Virus record (IMG/VR): IMGVR_UViG_3300027751_000004
Location: 32,001-96,000 of that record
DNA: 64,000 nt
Strand: one strand, 5' to 3'
Origin: a virus
Lineage: Duplodnaviria; Caudoviricetes
Part shown: piece by piece, positions 26,467 through 35,508 of the stretch
Layout of the letters: each line of letters starts with the position of its first letter
Position numbering within the stretch: the stretch's first letter is position 1
Program-made: the position numbers and the translations under genes
Notes under the pieces: model-generated
Told to the model about the DNA's origin: nothing
The model's database searches: none
The model's input: only the letters and a program-made list of their open reading frames with translations

Positions 26467-26723
26467 TTTACAATTTCCTCGTATAAAGTTTCAAAGTCCT
26501 CCGATTCGGATTGGACTTCAGTAAAGTTTTGCTTATGATATACTTTAGCAAGACGCTTTAAGTATTTAGGGTTTAAGCCAACTTCATCTTTGATTTTCAC
26601 ACAAATATCACGCTGTAATTCACGTTCAGAGTCTTGTCTAACCATAGAATTAGACATTTCTACGACCGCATCCTTAACAGTTTTCTTATCATTCGGGGAA
26701 GAGGGAATTATTACACTTGTCAT
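26463..26723 (-). CDS. dsbA: T4 DsbA-like dsDNA-binding protein
   Basis: KDEVGLNPKYLKRLAKVYHKQN...EDFETLYEEI resembles the T4 DsbA C-terminal half. Confidence 0.75.
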   Translation of the reverse strand: MTSVIIPSSPNDKKTVKDAVVEMSNSMVRQDSERELQRDICVKIKDEVGLNPKYLKRLAKVYHKQNFTEVQSESEDFETLYEEIVK

Positions 26724-26749
26724 TATATAGTCTCCGTAGAAGCAGCAGA

Positions 26750-27022
26750 TTACTCTGCTGCAGGTTCTTCAGTTGGTTCTTCTGGGGGTGTTCTACCTTC
26801 AGGATCAGGGTCAACATCTGCATCAGCAGGTTCTTGCTGAGGGATATTAGCGTCAAGGAATGCAGCAACTTTATTCCGCAAAGCACCTACAGTTTCCAGT
26901 TCCTGAGGCTTAAACGCACCTCTAGTGGCACACGCATCAATTACAGATAACATATTACGGATATCATTCAGATTGATATCGGGAGTTTGTGCTTCATCAG
27001 CAACAGTATTTTCTTCGCTCAT
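26750..27022 (-). CDS. Hypothetical protein downstream of gene 45
   Basis: Start MSEENT; IDACATRGAF..EL..VG motif; acidic/Pro-rich tail. Confidence 0.7.
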   Translation of the reverse strand: MSEENTVADEAQTPDINLNDIRNMLSVIDACATRGAFKPQELETVGALRNKVAAFLDANIPQQEPADADVDPDPEGRTPPEEPTEEPAAE

Positions 27023-27032
27023 TTTATTTTCC

Positions 27033-27710
27033 TTATGCATTAAACTTTGAATTTTTCTCAAGGGCAACCCAGTATGTTACTTCACCAGTCGCAAATTGAG
27101 AGATTAATTTAGACGAGATAGACACTTTCATATCACCACCAACAAACTTAAAGTTAGAGATATTGAAGATCATCTCGAATGAAGAGTCAGGTCGAGTAGC
27201 AGACGGGATAGACATTTCATAACTGTTAGAGGTAGAGTCTTTAGTATCGGTCACCTTAACAGTAACGCCAGAACCACCTTCTTCACCTACAACCACAACG
27301 TCACTAGAACCTAGTGCAGCTGCCGCACGTCGAATAGAAGACAATTGATCTTCAGTAATGTCCAGTTCAATCTCGCAAGCAGGCATAGTAATGTCTTTTT
27401 GCGGAGTAGTTAGGATAGAAGCATCAGAGAAGAAGTAGTTTACAGACTGACCACCCTCGCTAATCTTAACAGTCTTACCATCATCGCCAAACTCGAGGTC
27501 TGGGTCTTCAAACATACCTACAACCGAAAGGAATTCATTCAGGTCATAGATACCAAAATCCTGAGGGAAAGATTCAGCAACATTGGCTGTCGCTAGAATA
27601 TTCTTTGCTTCAGAAATAGTTTTGATTACGTTACCAGCCTTTACAACGATATTGGGATTAATCGTTGAGAAGTTCTTTAGCATCGCAACCGTTTCATTCG
27701 AGATTTTCAT
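27033..27710 (-). CDS. 45: Sliding clamp (gp45-like)
   Basis: MKISNETVAMLKNFSTINP, FGIYDLNEFL, YWVALE. Confidence 0.96.
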   Translation of the reverse strand: MKISNETVAMLKNFSTINPNIVVKAGNVIKTISEAKNILATANVAESFPQDFGIYDLNEFLSVVGMFEDPDLEFGDDGKTVKISEGGQSVNYFFSDASILTTPQKDITMPACEIELDITEDQLSSIRRAAAALGSSDVVVVGEEGGSGVTVKVTDTKDSTSNSYEMSIPSATRPDSSFEMIFNISNFKFVGGDMKVSISSKLISQFATGEVTYWVALEKNSKFNA

Positions 27711-27738
27711 GTTGTTCTCCATAGTTAAAGTTGGCAAT

Positions 27739-27767
27739 ATTATACCTTATTTCTCGCCATTAGTAAA
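27739..27767 (-). promoter_or_regulatory. Sigma70-type early promoter for gene 45
   Basis: TTTACT-N17-TATAAT. Confidence 0.75.
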
Positions 27768-28163
27768 GTGTTTTTTTGCTACTTCATCCCATTCAAGGGG
27801 AGTAACAGAATCGATAGAAGCAGGAGAGATACCAGACTCAACAGGTTTACTTGCGAGTGGTACTTCATTTGCTGGGGATGCGTTGAGGGTTTGTTCAACT
27901 CTGTCGTGCTCATAAAGGGCAAGCAAGCCATAGTGTATAACCTTCAACAGGTCTTTGCGGTGGTCAGAACGACTACCTTTTTGACCATATCGGTTTGAGT
28001 ATTTATCCACGTTTCCGAGGAAGAAACCCATACCACGCCCACGATCAACAATGACCTCAGACGTTTGAATCTTATCGCCACCATAGTGTTGACTATAGGT
28101 GGCGTCGACATATTCTTTTATTTCAGAGAGAAGTTCGCCCTCTCTAAATTTATAATTGATCAT
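27747..28163 (-). CDS. DUF3310-like protein
   Basis: YVDATYSQHY, GFFLGNVDKYSNRYGQKG, DLLKVIHY. Confidence 0.75.
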   Translation of the reverse strand: MINYKFREGELLSEIKEYVDATYSQHYGGDKIQTSEVIVDRGRGMGFFLGNVDKYSNRYGQKGSRSDHRKDLLKVIHYGLLALYEHDRVEQTLNASPANEVPLASKPVESGISPASIDSVTPLEWDEVAKKHFTNGEK

Positions 28164-28171
28164 TTAATCTC

Positions 28172-29344
28172 CTAGAAAGCAGGTTCGTCATTATCAATAG
28201 CATCTAACACATCACCTAGATTTACTTCAGGGGCGACCTCATTAGAGTCAATTTTACTGTATAAGTCTAAGAAGGCAGACTTTGTATCTTCATCAAAACG
28301 GTTTACACATAACTCAATAGATCTAGCACGGTCATTAAAGATAGAAAACGTTTGAGCAATGTGACATAGGCGACGAGTAGAAATAATATCTTCAACACCA
28401 CCATCAGCATAAGTCTTGCGAATAATCTCAGACCAAGTAGTTAGCTTATCAGCAAAGTCAGTATCAACCGCACCAAACTTATCCATATGGTTCAGTAGGA
28501 TCTTTTTCTCTATTGCGAGAGAAGGGTAAGGTTGCTCAACAGTAATACTGAATCGCTCCAGGAATGCTTCATCAATAATCGTAGCAGCAACAAACCTGCC
28601 ATCTTCCGAACCTTGACCTTTGGTGTTAGCAGTAGCAATCACGTTGAATCCAGGAGCAGGAGTAATCATCTCACCAGTTTTCTTAATCATAACTGGCTTA
28701 CCCTCAAGAACACCCTGAAGAGCCATCAAACGATTAGAAGAACGATCAACTTCATCGATCAGAAGTATCGCACCAGCTTCCATCGCTTTGATAACTGGAC
28801 CCTTTTGGAAAACTGTCTCACCGTTGATCAAACGGAAACCACCGATTAGATCATCCTCATCAGTCTCAGGAGTAATCTGAACACGGACATACTCACGCTT
28901 AGATTTAGCGCACGCTTGCTCGACCATCATTGTTTTACCATTACCAGATAGACCAGTAATAAAGGTTGGGTAGAACATACCCGAATCAATAATAGTTTTA
29001 ATGTCTTTGAAGTTACCCCAGCTGACATAAGTAGAGTCAGCAGAAGGAACATAGACTTCATTGTTAGTAACAGATTGTACAGCAGTCATTAAAGGTTTTC
29101 TCTCAGCTGGAGCATTAGAAGTTTGCTCAGCATTAACATTACGGAAAGGAAGGATCTGAGCTTCCAAATTCCAAACACCACGTGAAATTTTATTATCGGC
29201 AATCATCACCTCACGGTAGACTCTACCTTTTGCAACGCCAGTAGCATCGCAGGCATCATATATATCTTTGTTACGGAAGTGGCTTCGGTCAGGAAAACGT
29301 TTAGCCAACTCACTGTAAAGTGGAGCAAAAGCATATGTACTCAT
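28172..29344 (-). CDS. MoxR/CobS-like AAA+ ATPase
   Basis: GLSGNGKT, ETDEDDLIGG, LLIDEVD, ATANTKGQG, EAFLERF, ISTRRL. Confidence 0.92.
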   Translation of the reverse strand: MSTYAFAPLYSELAKRFPDRSHFRNKDIYDACDATGVAKGRVYREVMIADNKISRGVWNLEAQILPFRNVNAEQTSNAPAERKPLMTAVQSVTNNEVYVPSADSTYVSWGNFKDIKTIIDSGMFYPTFITGLSGNGKTMMVEQACAKSKREYVRVQITPETDEDDLIGGFRLINGETVFQKGPVIKAMEAGAILLIDEVDRSSNRLMALQGVLEGKPVMIKKTGEMITPAPGFNVIATANTKGQGSEDGRFVAATIIDEAFLERFSITVEQPYPSLAIEKKILLNHMDKFGAVDTDFADKLTTWSEIIRKTYADGGVEDIISTRRLCHIAQTFSIFNDRARSIELCVNRFDEDTKSAFLDLYSKIDSNEVAPEVNLGDVLDAIDNDEPAF

Positions 29345-29386
29345 AATATAATCTCTCTCTAATCAATTAACTCATTCAATACACAT

Positions 29387-29415
29387 ATTATACTACATTT
29401 AAACCCAAAAGTAAA
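29387..29415 (-). promoter_or_regulatory. Strong early promoter for the AAA+ gene
   Basis: TTTACT-N17-TATAAT with upstream A-tracts. Confidence 0.8.
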
Positions 29416-29443
29416 GGGTTTTTTAAACTTTTTTGATCTTTTT

Positions 29444-31522
29444 TTAAGCGACCATCTCAGCAAACTTACTAGCAAGAACACGGTTGCCTTTCTTAGACTT
29501 AGCAAACTTCTTAAACTCACGAGTCAGCGCACCTTTAGAATCATCTTTAGGGGCAAAGTCCGTAGTAGCAGTATCCAACTTTGTAGTTCTCAGGAAGAAG
29601 TATCTATCGAAACCTAACTGGTCATCAACAGATACACCGCCTTTTCTCCAGTCAGTAAGGACAGGTCTGATCTCTTGCTCAGTGTCATAACCTTTACCCT
29701 CGGAGCGATACAAACGATATCTAACATCATTGGCTCGGTTAGTTAGGAAGTAACAAACCGTATTACAGCCAGTATGTTTTTTCAACGACTCAACCAGAGT
29801 TTGAGTACCAGCATAGTTAGTCTTACAATTGATACGCTCGCCACCTACAGTGAACACCATTCGATTAGAGTTAAAGTAGCCATCGTTCATATCGTGAACT
29901 TGCGCATAGTCATAACGAATAGTGTTAGTATCACCATCACTCAGCAGAGTAAAGTTTACTTTGTCAAGACCATAAGTATCACGGAAGTCAGGAATCAAAG
30001 TATGCATAGCAATCAATGCCTGATTCAGAGGAGTACCACCCATCATTTCATGCGTAGACTCATGGAAGTTATAGATTTGATAACAAGCAGTTTCAAAGTC
30101 TTTCTTGCTCATCTCATTAGAAAGTAACTCAAACAGAGACATAGATTCCCAATCAATAACGTGTTTAAAGTTACGCTCTTTAAGACCATTAGAAGTAAAC
30201 CCATAAACACGGAAAGGGATATTCACTTTACGACAAAAGTGTGCGATATTGATAGCTTGTTTCTTTACATTAGCAATACAATCATCCATAGAGCCAGAGT
30301 AGTCAACCAACATTACCAGACCATGATTCTTAGCATCAGCCAGCTTGGTAGTTCTAGCGAAGATATCTTCGTTGTATTTGTAAGAGTATAGTTTAGTAAC
30401 ATCAATAGAACCAGTCTTAGAAGTTCTAGATCTTGAATAGCGATATGCAGCTTTCTTCATCTCAAACTCACGAGCCATAGTATTAACTACAGACTTGGTC
30501 TCAGCCAAGAACTCATCATAAGATTGGGTCACGTATCTACGCTGATACCAATGAGTGTTTTCATCAGACCTTTCATTAATAAGAGTTTTGTAATCAGCAA
30601 CAAGACTCTTGGCTTCCTTTAAAGTTAGGGAGCGAACAACTACAGGGGAACTATCACCATCATGGCTTTCTAGAAGATCAGACTCTTTAGAACGGAACGC
30701 TTCATCAGTCTCAACGATTTCGTTACCAGCACCAGCATTGCTAGAGAATCCTTCCTCAATATCTTTACTTACATCTTCCTCGCTATCTTCAGTATCCTCT
30801 CCTTCGATTTCTTCGACAACGTCTTGTTGTTCGCTGTCCATTTCACTATCTTTACTCTCAGGAATGCCAGATTGATTGTCAGTTGAAGGTGAATCCTCTG
30901 TACTTTTTTCCATACTTTCTTCATCGTTATCCCCCTCAGGATTTTCATTTTGATTTTGAGCTTGATCCTGTTGTTTCTCAACACCTACATAGTCAAGTAA
31001 AGATCTAGCAGCATCAACAACTTCTTCCCACGTTTCAGCAGAGAAACATTTCTTTACTACAGGAAGTTCGTCTTTATCAAATGTAATATCTACTAGTTGG
31101 TTCAGTTTGGCTTTAATATTGATACGGTCGGGCAAACCATAGGAAGAATATTCCCTATCCTGAGTACCAAAGAAGTTTTCGTCAAACAAAACTTGATAAC
31201 CACCTTGGAACGACTTAACTAATCCTGGATACTTACTACGGATCATTCGCTCAATGCGGATATCTTCAATAATGTTAAGGAATGAACGAGGAATACCCTC
31301 GACATCTATTTCGGAATCATGCCAACCCTCTCTAGGAGTAAACAAAGCATGACCGACCTCATGACCGATAAGCAGGTCTTGAACATCAGCACCTTTGTCT
31401 TTCCATAGGGGAAGATTTAGAACACGGTTAATAACATCAAACGATGCGGTCTGGTAGTTACCCTCACGCACCTCAATGTTTTCATTAGCAAGCAATCTAG
31501 CTAGAGTAGATTTAACTGTCAT
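29444..31522 (-). CDS. CobT-like protein: HExxH metallopeptidase-like domain, acidic linker, vWA domain
   Basis: HEVGHALFT, NIIEDIRIE, MIDAS DYSGS, GGTPL, LSDGD. Confidence 0.88.
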   Translation of the reverse strand: MTVKSTLARLLANENIEVREGNYQTASFDVINRVLNLPLWKDKGADVQDLLIGHEVGHALFTPREGWHDSEIDVEGIPRSFLNIIEDIRIERMIRSKYPGLVKSFQGGYQVLFDENFFGTQDREYSSYGLPDRINIKAKLNQLVDITFDKDELPVVKKCFSAETWEEVVDAARSLLDYVGVEKQQDQAQNQNENPEGDNDEESMEKSTEDSPSTDNQSGIPESKDSEMDSEQQDVVEEIEGEDTEDSEEDVSKDIEEGFSSNAGAGNEIVETDEAFRSKESDLLESHDGDSSPVVVRSLTLKEAKSLVADYKTLINERSDENTHWYQRRYVTQSYDEFLAETKSVVNTMAREFEMKKAAYRYSRSRTSKTGSIDVTKLYSYKYNEDIFARTTKLADAKNHGLVMLVDYSGSMDDCIANVKKQAINIAHFCRKVNIPFRVYGFTSNGLKERNFKHVIDWESMSLFELLSNEMSKKDFETACYQIYNFHESTHEMMGGTPLNQALIAMHTLIPDFRDTYGLDKVNFTLLSDGDTNTIRYDYAQVHDMNDGYFNSNRMVFTVGGERINCKTNYAGTQTLVESLKKHTGCNTVCYFLTNRANDVRYRLYRSEGKGYDTEQEIRPVLTDWRKGGVSVDDQLGFDRYFFLRTTKLDTATTDFAPKDDSKGALTREFKKFAKSKKGNRVLASKFAEMVA

Positions 31523-31549
31523 ATAGAATACCTCTCAATCAATACATGT

Positions 31550-31578
31550 ATTATACTATAAGTAATTGAGAAAGTAAA
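31550..31578 (-). promoter_or_regulatory. Strong early promoter for the vWA gene
   Basis: TTTACT-N17-TATAAT with an upstream A-tract. Confidence 0.8.
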
Positions 31579-31601
31579 GGGTTTTTTTGAATTATTTTAA
31601 A

Positions 31602-33317
31602 TTATTTTATCTTACTGAAGTTTCTTTCCTTAGTAAACTCTATCTTAGATCTAAACTTGCCGTCTAGAACATCACCTTTGTGAGATATGATAAACGTATT
31701 AGTTCCTTCCTCTAGAGTCTCAAGGATCTTGAGTAGATTCTCGATACCATCATTATCTAGAGAAGAGTCAAACGTTTCGTCTAGGATCAATAAGTTAGAA
31801 GAAGCACTATTCTTCATACGAGCAATTTGACGCCATGTAAACAATAATGCCAAATCAATACGTTGTTTCTCACCCTCACTGAACGAGGCATAGTTAAACG
31901 AGTCACGGAAACGGGATTTGATAGTCTCAGTGAAACTCTCATCAAGGTTGAAAGAAACATAGAAGTCCATAACCTGCAGGTAATGATTGATGAGTTTATT
32001 CATTACAGGCAGATACTGCTTGATAACCTTAGTTTTGATACCGCTATCCTTTAGCATTTCGCCCACAGCTTCTTGATAGGTTTTCTGCTCAGATAGTTCT
32101 AGCTTTCTCTCGGTTAATGAATCACGCTCTTCGCTTAGTCGAGTCAGCTTAGAGTTAGCTTCCCCAAGATCTCCCTCTTTAGAGGTAAGTTTAGTGATGT
32201 CTTTTTCTAAAGCAGTTATCTGTTTCTGTAGACGAGAAATCTCTTTATTGTTAAGTGTCAACTCAGAAGTATCTTCACGAACCTTTTCAGATATAGAATC
32301 TAACTCCAATATGTTAGTTTCTACTGCGGCAGATTGTGAAGAAGCATCAATAACCGCCTTGTTTAATTCTCTGGCTTTTTCATGAGCAGTCTCTAGTTTA
32401 TCCTGCCTTAGTTCTTCAGCGATATCTTGTTCGCAGGTAGGGCATTGCTCGTTGTTTTCATAGAACTTGGCATCCTTAACTACAGACTTTATCTGCTGCT
32501 CGAACTGAGCCTTATACTTGAGCAAACTTTGTTTCTTACTCTGAGCATTAGATATATTTTCTTTCAATCCGTTTGAACATTCTTCTATCGATAACGATAG
32601 TGCTGCGTTGCTTTCTTGTATACCTGTAATAGTAGATTGACTTTCTTCTATCGATTTACGCTTATCGGATATTTGACCATCATTAATGTCAGCAATCTCA
32701 CGGATGTAGTCTTTCTGTAAACCAATTTTATCTTTAACCAGTTCTACTCGATACTTGTTATCTTTAGCGTCTTCTTTGAGACGTTGCGACTGCTCTTTCA
32801 GTATCTGATTCATCTTACCGAATATTTGAATATCAAGTAAATCTTCGATCACCTCACGACGATGATAGGTCGGCAGTTGCATAAACGGAATGAAAGACGA
32901 AGAACCAAGAACAACTACTTGGTGGAAAGACTTATGATTAAGTTTTAAGATATTTTGCTCTAGGAACTTTTGATAGTCTCGGCTAGTTGATGACTGATCT
33001 ACCATCTTACCATTCTGCCATATCTCAAACTTATTTGGCTTGATACCACGAACAACCTTAAACTCTACGTTGCTGATAGTAAACTCAACTTCAACTAATG
33101 CGTCACGGTTATTGATGCTGTTAACTAGCTGCAGCTTCTTGATGTCTCTATGAGGTTTACCGAATAAGGCGAACGAAAGAGCATCTAGCATGGTAGACTT
33201 ACCTGCGCCATTATGCCCTACAATCAATGTAGAGGGGGAGCGGTCAAGGTGTATTTCAGTAAAGGTGTTACCAGTGGACAGGAAGTTCTTCCACCTGAGT
33301 TTAGTAAAATGAATCAT
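31602..33317 (-). CDS. 46: Recombination nuclease ATPase subunit (gp46, Rad50/SbcC-like)
   Basis: GHNGAGKST, CPTC zinc hook, FSEGEK, LILDE, ISHK. Confidence 0.97.
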   Translation of the reverse strand: MIHFTKLRWKNFLSTGNTFTEIHLDRSPSTLIVGHNGAGKSTMLDALSFALFGKPHRDIKKLQLVNSINNRDALVEVEFTISNVEFKVVRGIKPNKFEIWQNGKMVDQSSTSRDYQKFLEQNILKLNHKSFHQVVVLGSSSFIPFMQLPTYHRREVIEDLLDIQIFGKMNQILKEQSQRLKEDAKDNKYRVELVKDKIGLQKDYIREIADINDGQISDKRKSIEESQSTITGIQESNAALSLSIEECSNGLKENISNAQSKKQSLLKYKAQFEQQIKSVVKDAKFYENNEQCPTCEQDIAEELRQDKLETAHEKARELNKAVIDASSQSAAVETNILELDSISEKVREDTSELTLNNKEISRLQKQITALEKDITKLTSKEGDLGEANSKLTRLSEERDSLTERKLELSEQKTYQEAVGEMLKDSGIKTKVIKQYLPVMNKLINHYLQVMDFYVSFNLDESFTETIKSRFRDSFNYASFSEGEKQRIDLALLFTWRQIARMKNSASSNLLILDETFDSSLDNDGIENLLKILETLEEGTNTFIISHKGDVLDGKFRSKIEFTKERNFSKIK

Positions 33318-34378
33318 TACATAAGTTCCATATTTTGTGCTTCAACATATAAACCGTGAACAATATCTTTTATCTTATCTTTGCTCAGCTCAGTATCAAC
33401 TGCATCAACATATGTATTAAGCATATCTTGAGTGTCTTCAACGTCTACTTCAGAGTCTTCAATAGCTTCTCCCGCAAACTCTTCAAAGGTCTCAGCAATC
33501 TTTACCTCATAGGTATCAATAGCTTGTAGTCTGTCGATGAATCGGTCAAAGGTAAATGGGTCTTTCTTTTTCTTCACAATAACCTTAACAAAGTTATTAG
33601 CCAACTTATCTACGTCAAAGTCGGAGTAGCTTCTATCCGTATCATCATAATATATGCGAGAGAATATAGTTATAGGGTTCAATACTGGTGTTAACTCACG
33701 AGTCTCAGTATCAAATATGTGAAAGTATTTAGGATCGTTAACATCAGTCCAAGTAAACTCCATCTGAGAACCAAGATAATGGATATTATCCTGTTGAGAT
33801 TTAGTATGGAAATGACCAGACATAACCATCTCAAAACGTTTGAAGTGATCGCTAGACATACCATGTGGATTAGGAAACCCTTTATGCATATCAAAGCCAG
33901 CCAACTCGAAATGACCACCCACAATAGAAGCGGAACAGTTTTCGATAAACTTCATCGTAGAATGATAATTGTCGTTATTGATCCAAGGTATGACCGCTAT
34001 TCCACAACCGTCATAATCTAGAACCTTTGGCTCCATATGAATATCTACTTCATTCATGTAGTGCCCGAGCAACTCTTTCAAACTATTCAACTCGTTAGTA
34101 TTCTTGAAGAACACGTCATGGTTTCCTGGAATAATGTCCATATGGATACCCTCTTTGCGGAGTACCTCTAGGAAACTATTGCGGTTAGAGTTAAGTGCTT
34201 TGAAGTTAATATACTTGCGATGGTCATAGTAATCGCCCAAATGCAAGATGTTGCTTATACCATTTTCTTTTAGGTATGGAAAGAAAACCTCTGAGTAGAA
34301 GCGTTCTTGGTAGTTAATGAATATGTCAGACGAGTTACGGACACCGCAATGGGTATCGTTCAATATAGCAATCTTCAT
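33317..34378 (-). CDS. 47: Recombination nuclease subunit (gp47, Mre11/SbcD-like)
   Basis: DTHCG, HLGDYYD, GNHD, GHFH. Confidence 0.97.
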   Translation of the reverse strand: MKIAILNDTHCGVRNSSDIFINYQERFYSEVFFPYLKENGISNILHLGDYYDHRKYINFKALNSNRNSFLEVLRKEGIHMDIIPGNHDVFFKNTNELNSLKELLGHYMNEVDIHMEPKVLDYDGCGIAVIPWINNDNYHSTMKFIENCSASIVGGHFELAGFDMHKGFPNPHGMSSDHFKRFEMVMSGHFHTKSQQDNIHYLGSQMEFTWTDVNDPKYFHIFDTETRELTPVLNPITIFSRIYYDDTDRSYSDFDVDKLANNFVKVIVKKKKDPFTFDRFIDRLQAIDTYEVKIAETFEEFAGEAIEDSEVDVEDTQDMLNTYVDAVDTELSKDKIKDIVHGLYVEAQNMELM

Positions 34379-34381
34379 AAT

Positions 34382-34963
34382 TTATCCCATAAACAGTTCA
34401 AGGTTTTTGTCTTGCTTCTTCTTGGTTATCTTCTCTTGTTTGCTGAACTCTTTTAGGACACGGTCAGAATCTCTAACCTTATCGATACGACTGCGGAGTT
34501 CTTCGATAAATCCATTATCACCTATGTCTTCTCCAGATGCATCATGCTGAACAATAAACTCCTCAAAGGACGCTTGCTCAATAAACCTCATTTTAACATC
34601 AAACTGTTTCTTCTCTTTCTGGATACGTCTTATGAAAGCATAATAGCATATCTGAGTAAAGTACGCAAACGCATTAGGATTACCAGTACGAGTGGCTGTT
34701 TCTATATTGTAATTCATGATAGCTTTCAGGCAGTTTTCTACAGCATCCATAACCATTTCTTCCCGATAGGTATATCGAATGAAGTTAGGTTTATGCGATA
34801 GACCTTCAGATATTTTTAAGAAACATGTGGCGATATATTCGGTTACGATGGGGTTTGTTTCGCCCCTTTCCTGCGCCTGCTTGACAGAATTGACGTAATC
34901 GACTACAGACTGCGAGAACAATTTATTGTTCACATAATGAGGCTTGTTGGCAGGTTTAGTCAT
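34382..34963 (-). CDS. 55: Late-transcription sigma factor (gp55-like)
   Basis: HYVNNK, NFIRYTYREEMVMD, NAFAYFTQI; C-terminal LELFMG. Confidence 0.96.
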   Translation of the reverse strand: MTKPANKPHYVNNKLFSQSVVDYVNSVKQAQERGETNPIVTEYIATCFLKISEGLSHKPNFIRYTYREEMVMDAVENCLKAIMNYNIETATRTGNPNAFAYFTQICYYAFIRRIQKEKKQFDVKMRFIEQASFEEFIVQHDASGEDIGDNGFIEELRSRIDKVRDSDRVLKEFSKQEKITKKKQDKNLELFMG

Positions 34964-34995
34964 TATAATCTTTCCATTTTAAGTTTGATAAGCAT

Positions 34996-35024
34996 ATTAT
35001 ACTACATTATCGCTCAAAAGTAAA
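34996..35024 (-). promoter_or_regulatory. Sigma70-type early promoter for 55-47-46
   Basis: TTTACT-N17-TATAAT. Confidence 0.8.
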
Positions 35025-35059
35025 GTATTAATTTAATTTAATTTATTTGAAGAAAAGGC

Positions 35060-35088
35060 TTTACTTTTTGTCATTTTTATAGTATAAT
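35060..35088 (+). promoter_or_regulatory. Orphan sigma70-type promoter on the plus strand (no sense gene downstream)
   Basis: TTTACT-N17-TATAAT, same family as the minus-strand early promoters. Confidence 0.7.
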
Positions 35089-35121
35089 ATAAGAGTTGTT
35101 CGGGGGAGGGTGAGTATACCT

Positions 35122-35508
35122 TTAATGTAGTGTCGATTTAGGGTCGATATCAGTTTCCCATTCATCATCATACTCATCATCTGTTTCTGGCGAAGCCAGA
35201 TCATCGTCGGGATAGACCTCACGGAGACGCAAGGCAGTAGCGATGTATTTCTCTTTAGTATTTTCGCTGGCTTTGCAAGTAGCGATTACTGTATCTGCGT
35301 TTATGAATACTGTTAATGAATCAGGCTGAACAGTGAACCAAGGAGTCATGAAGATCCTTTGCATCCTATCCTCGTTATAGATGTTCATAAGCAGAGGGGA
35401 TTCAACTATGTATCCATGATCTTCCATACCTCTTATATAGCCAATCACCTCATTCCCATCTATGAGTTTAAAGTGCCTGATATCAACTTCGTCTATTTCG
35501 AATTTCAA
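35122..35508 (-). CDS. Conserved hypothetical protein between uvsW and 55
   Basis: IRHFKLIDGNEVIG...TPWF; synteny. Confidence 0.75.
   Translation of the reverse strand: MKFEIDEVDIRHFKLIDGNEVIGYIRGMEDHGYIVESPLLMNIYNEDRMQRIFMTPWFTVQPDSLTVFINADTVIATCKASENTKEKYIATALRLREVYPDDDLASPETDDEYDDEWETDIDPKSTLH

Noticed and set aside
28172-31522. Cobalamin biosynthesis (cobS/cobT) auxiliary metabolic genes
   Set aside because: No cobN or other cob genes are present; the sequences fit a generic MoxR AAA+/vWA pair
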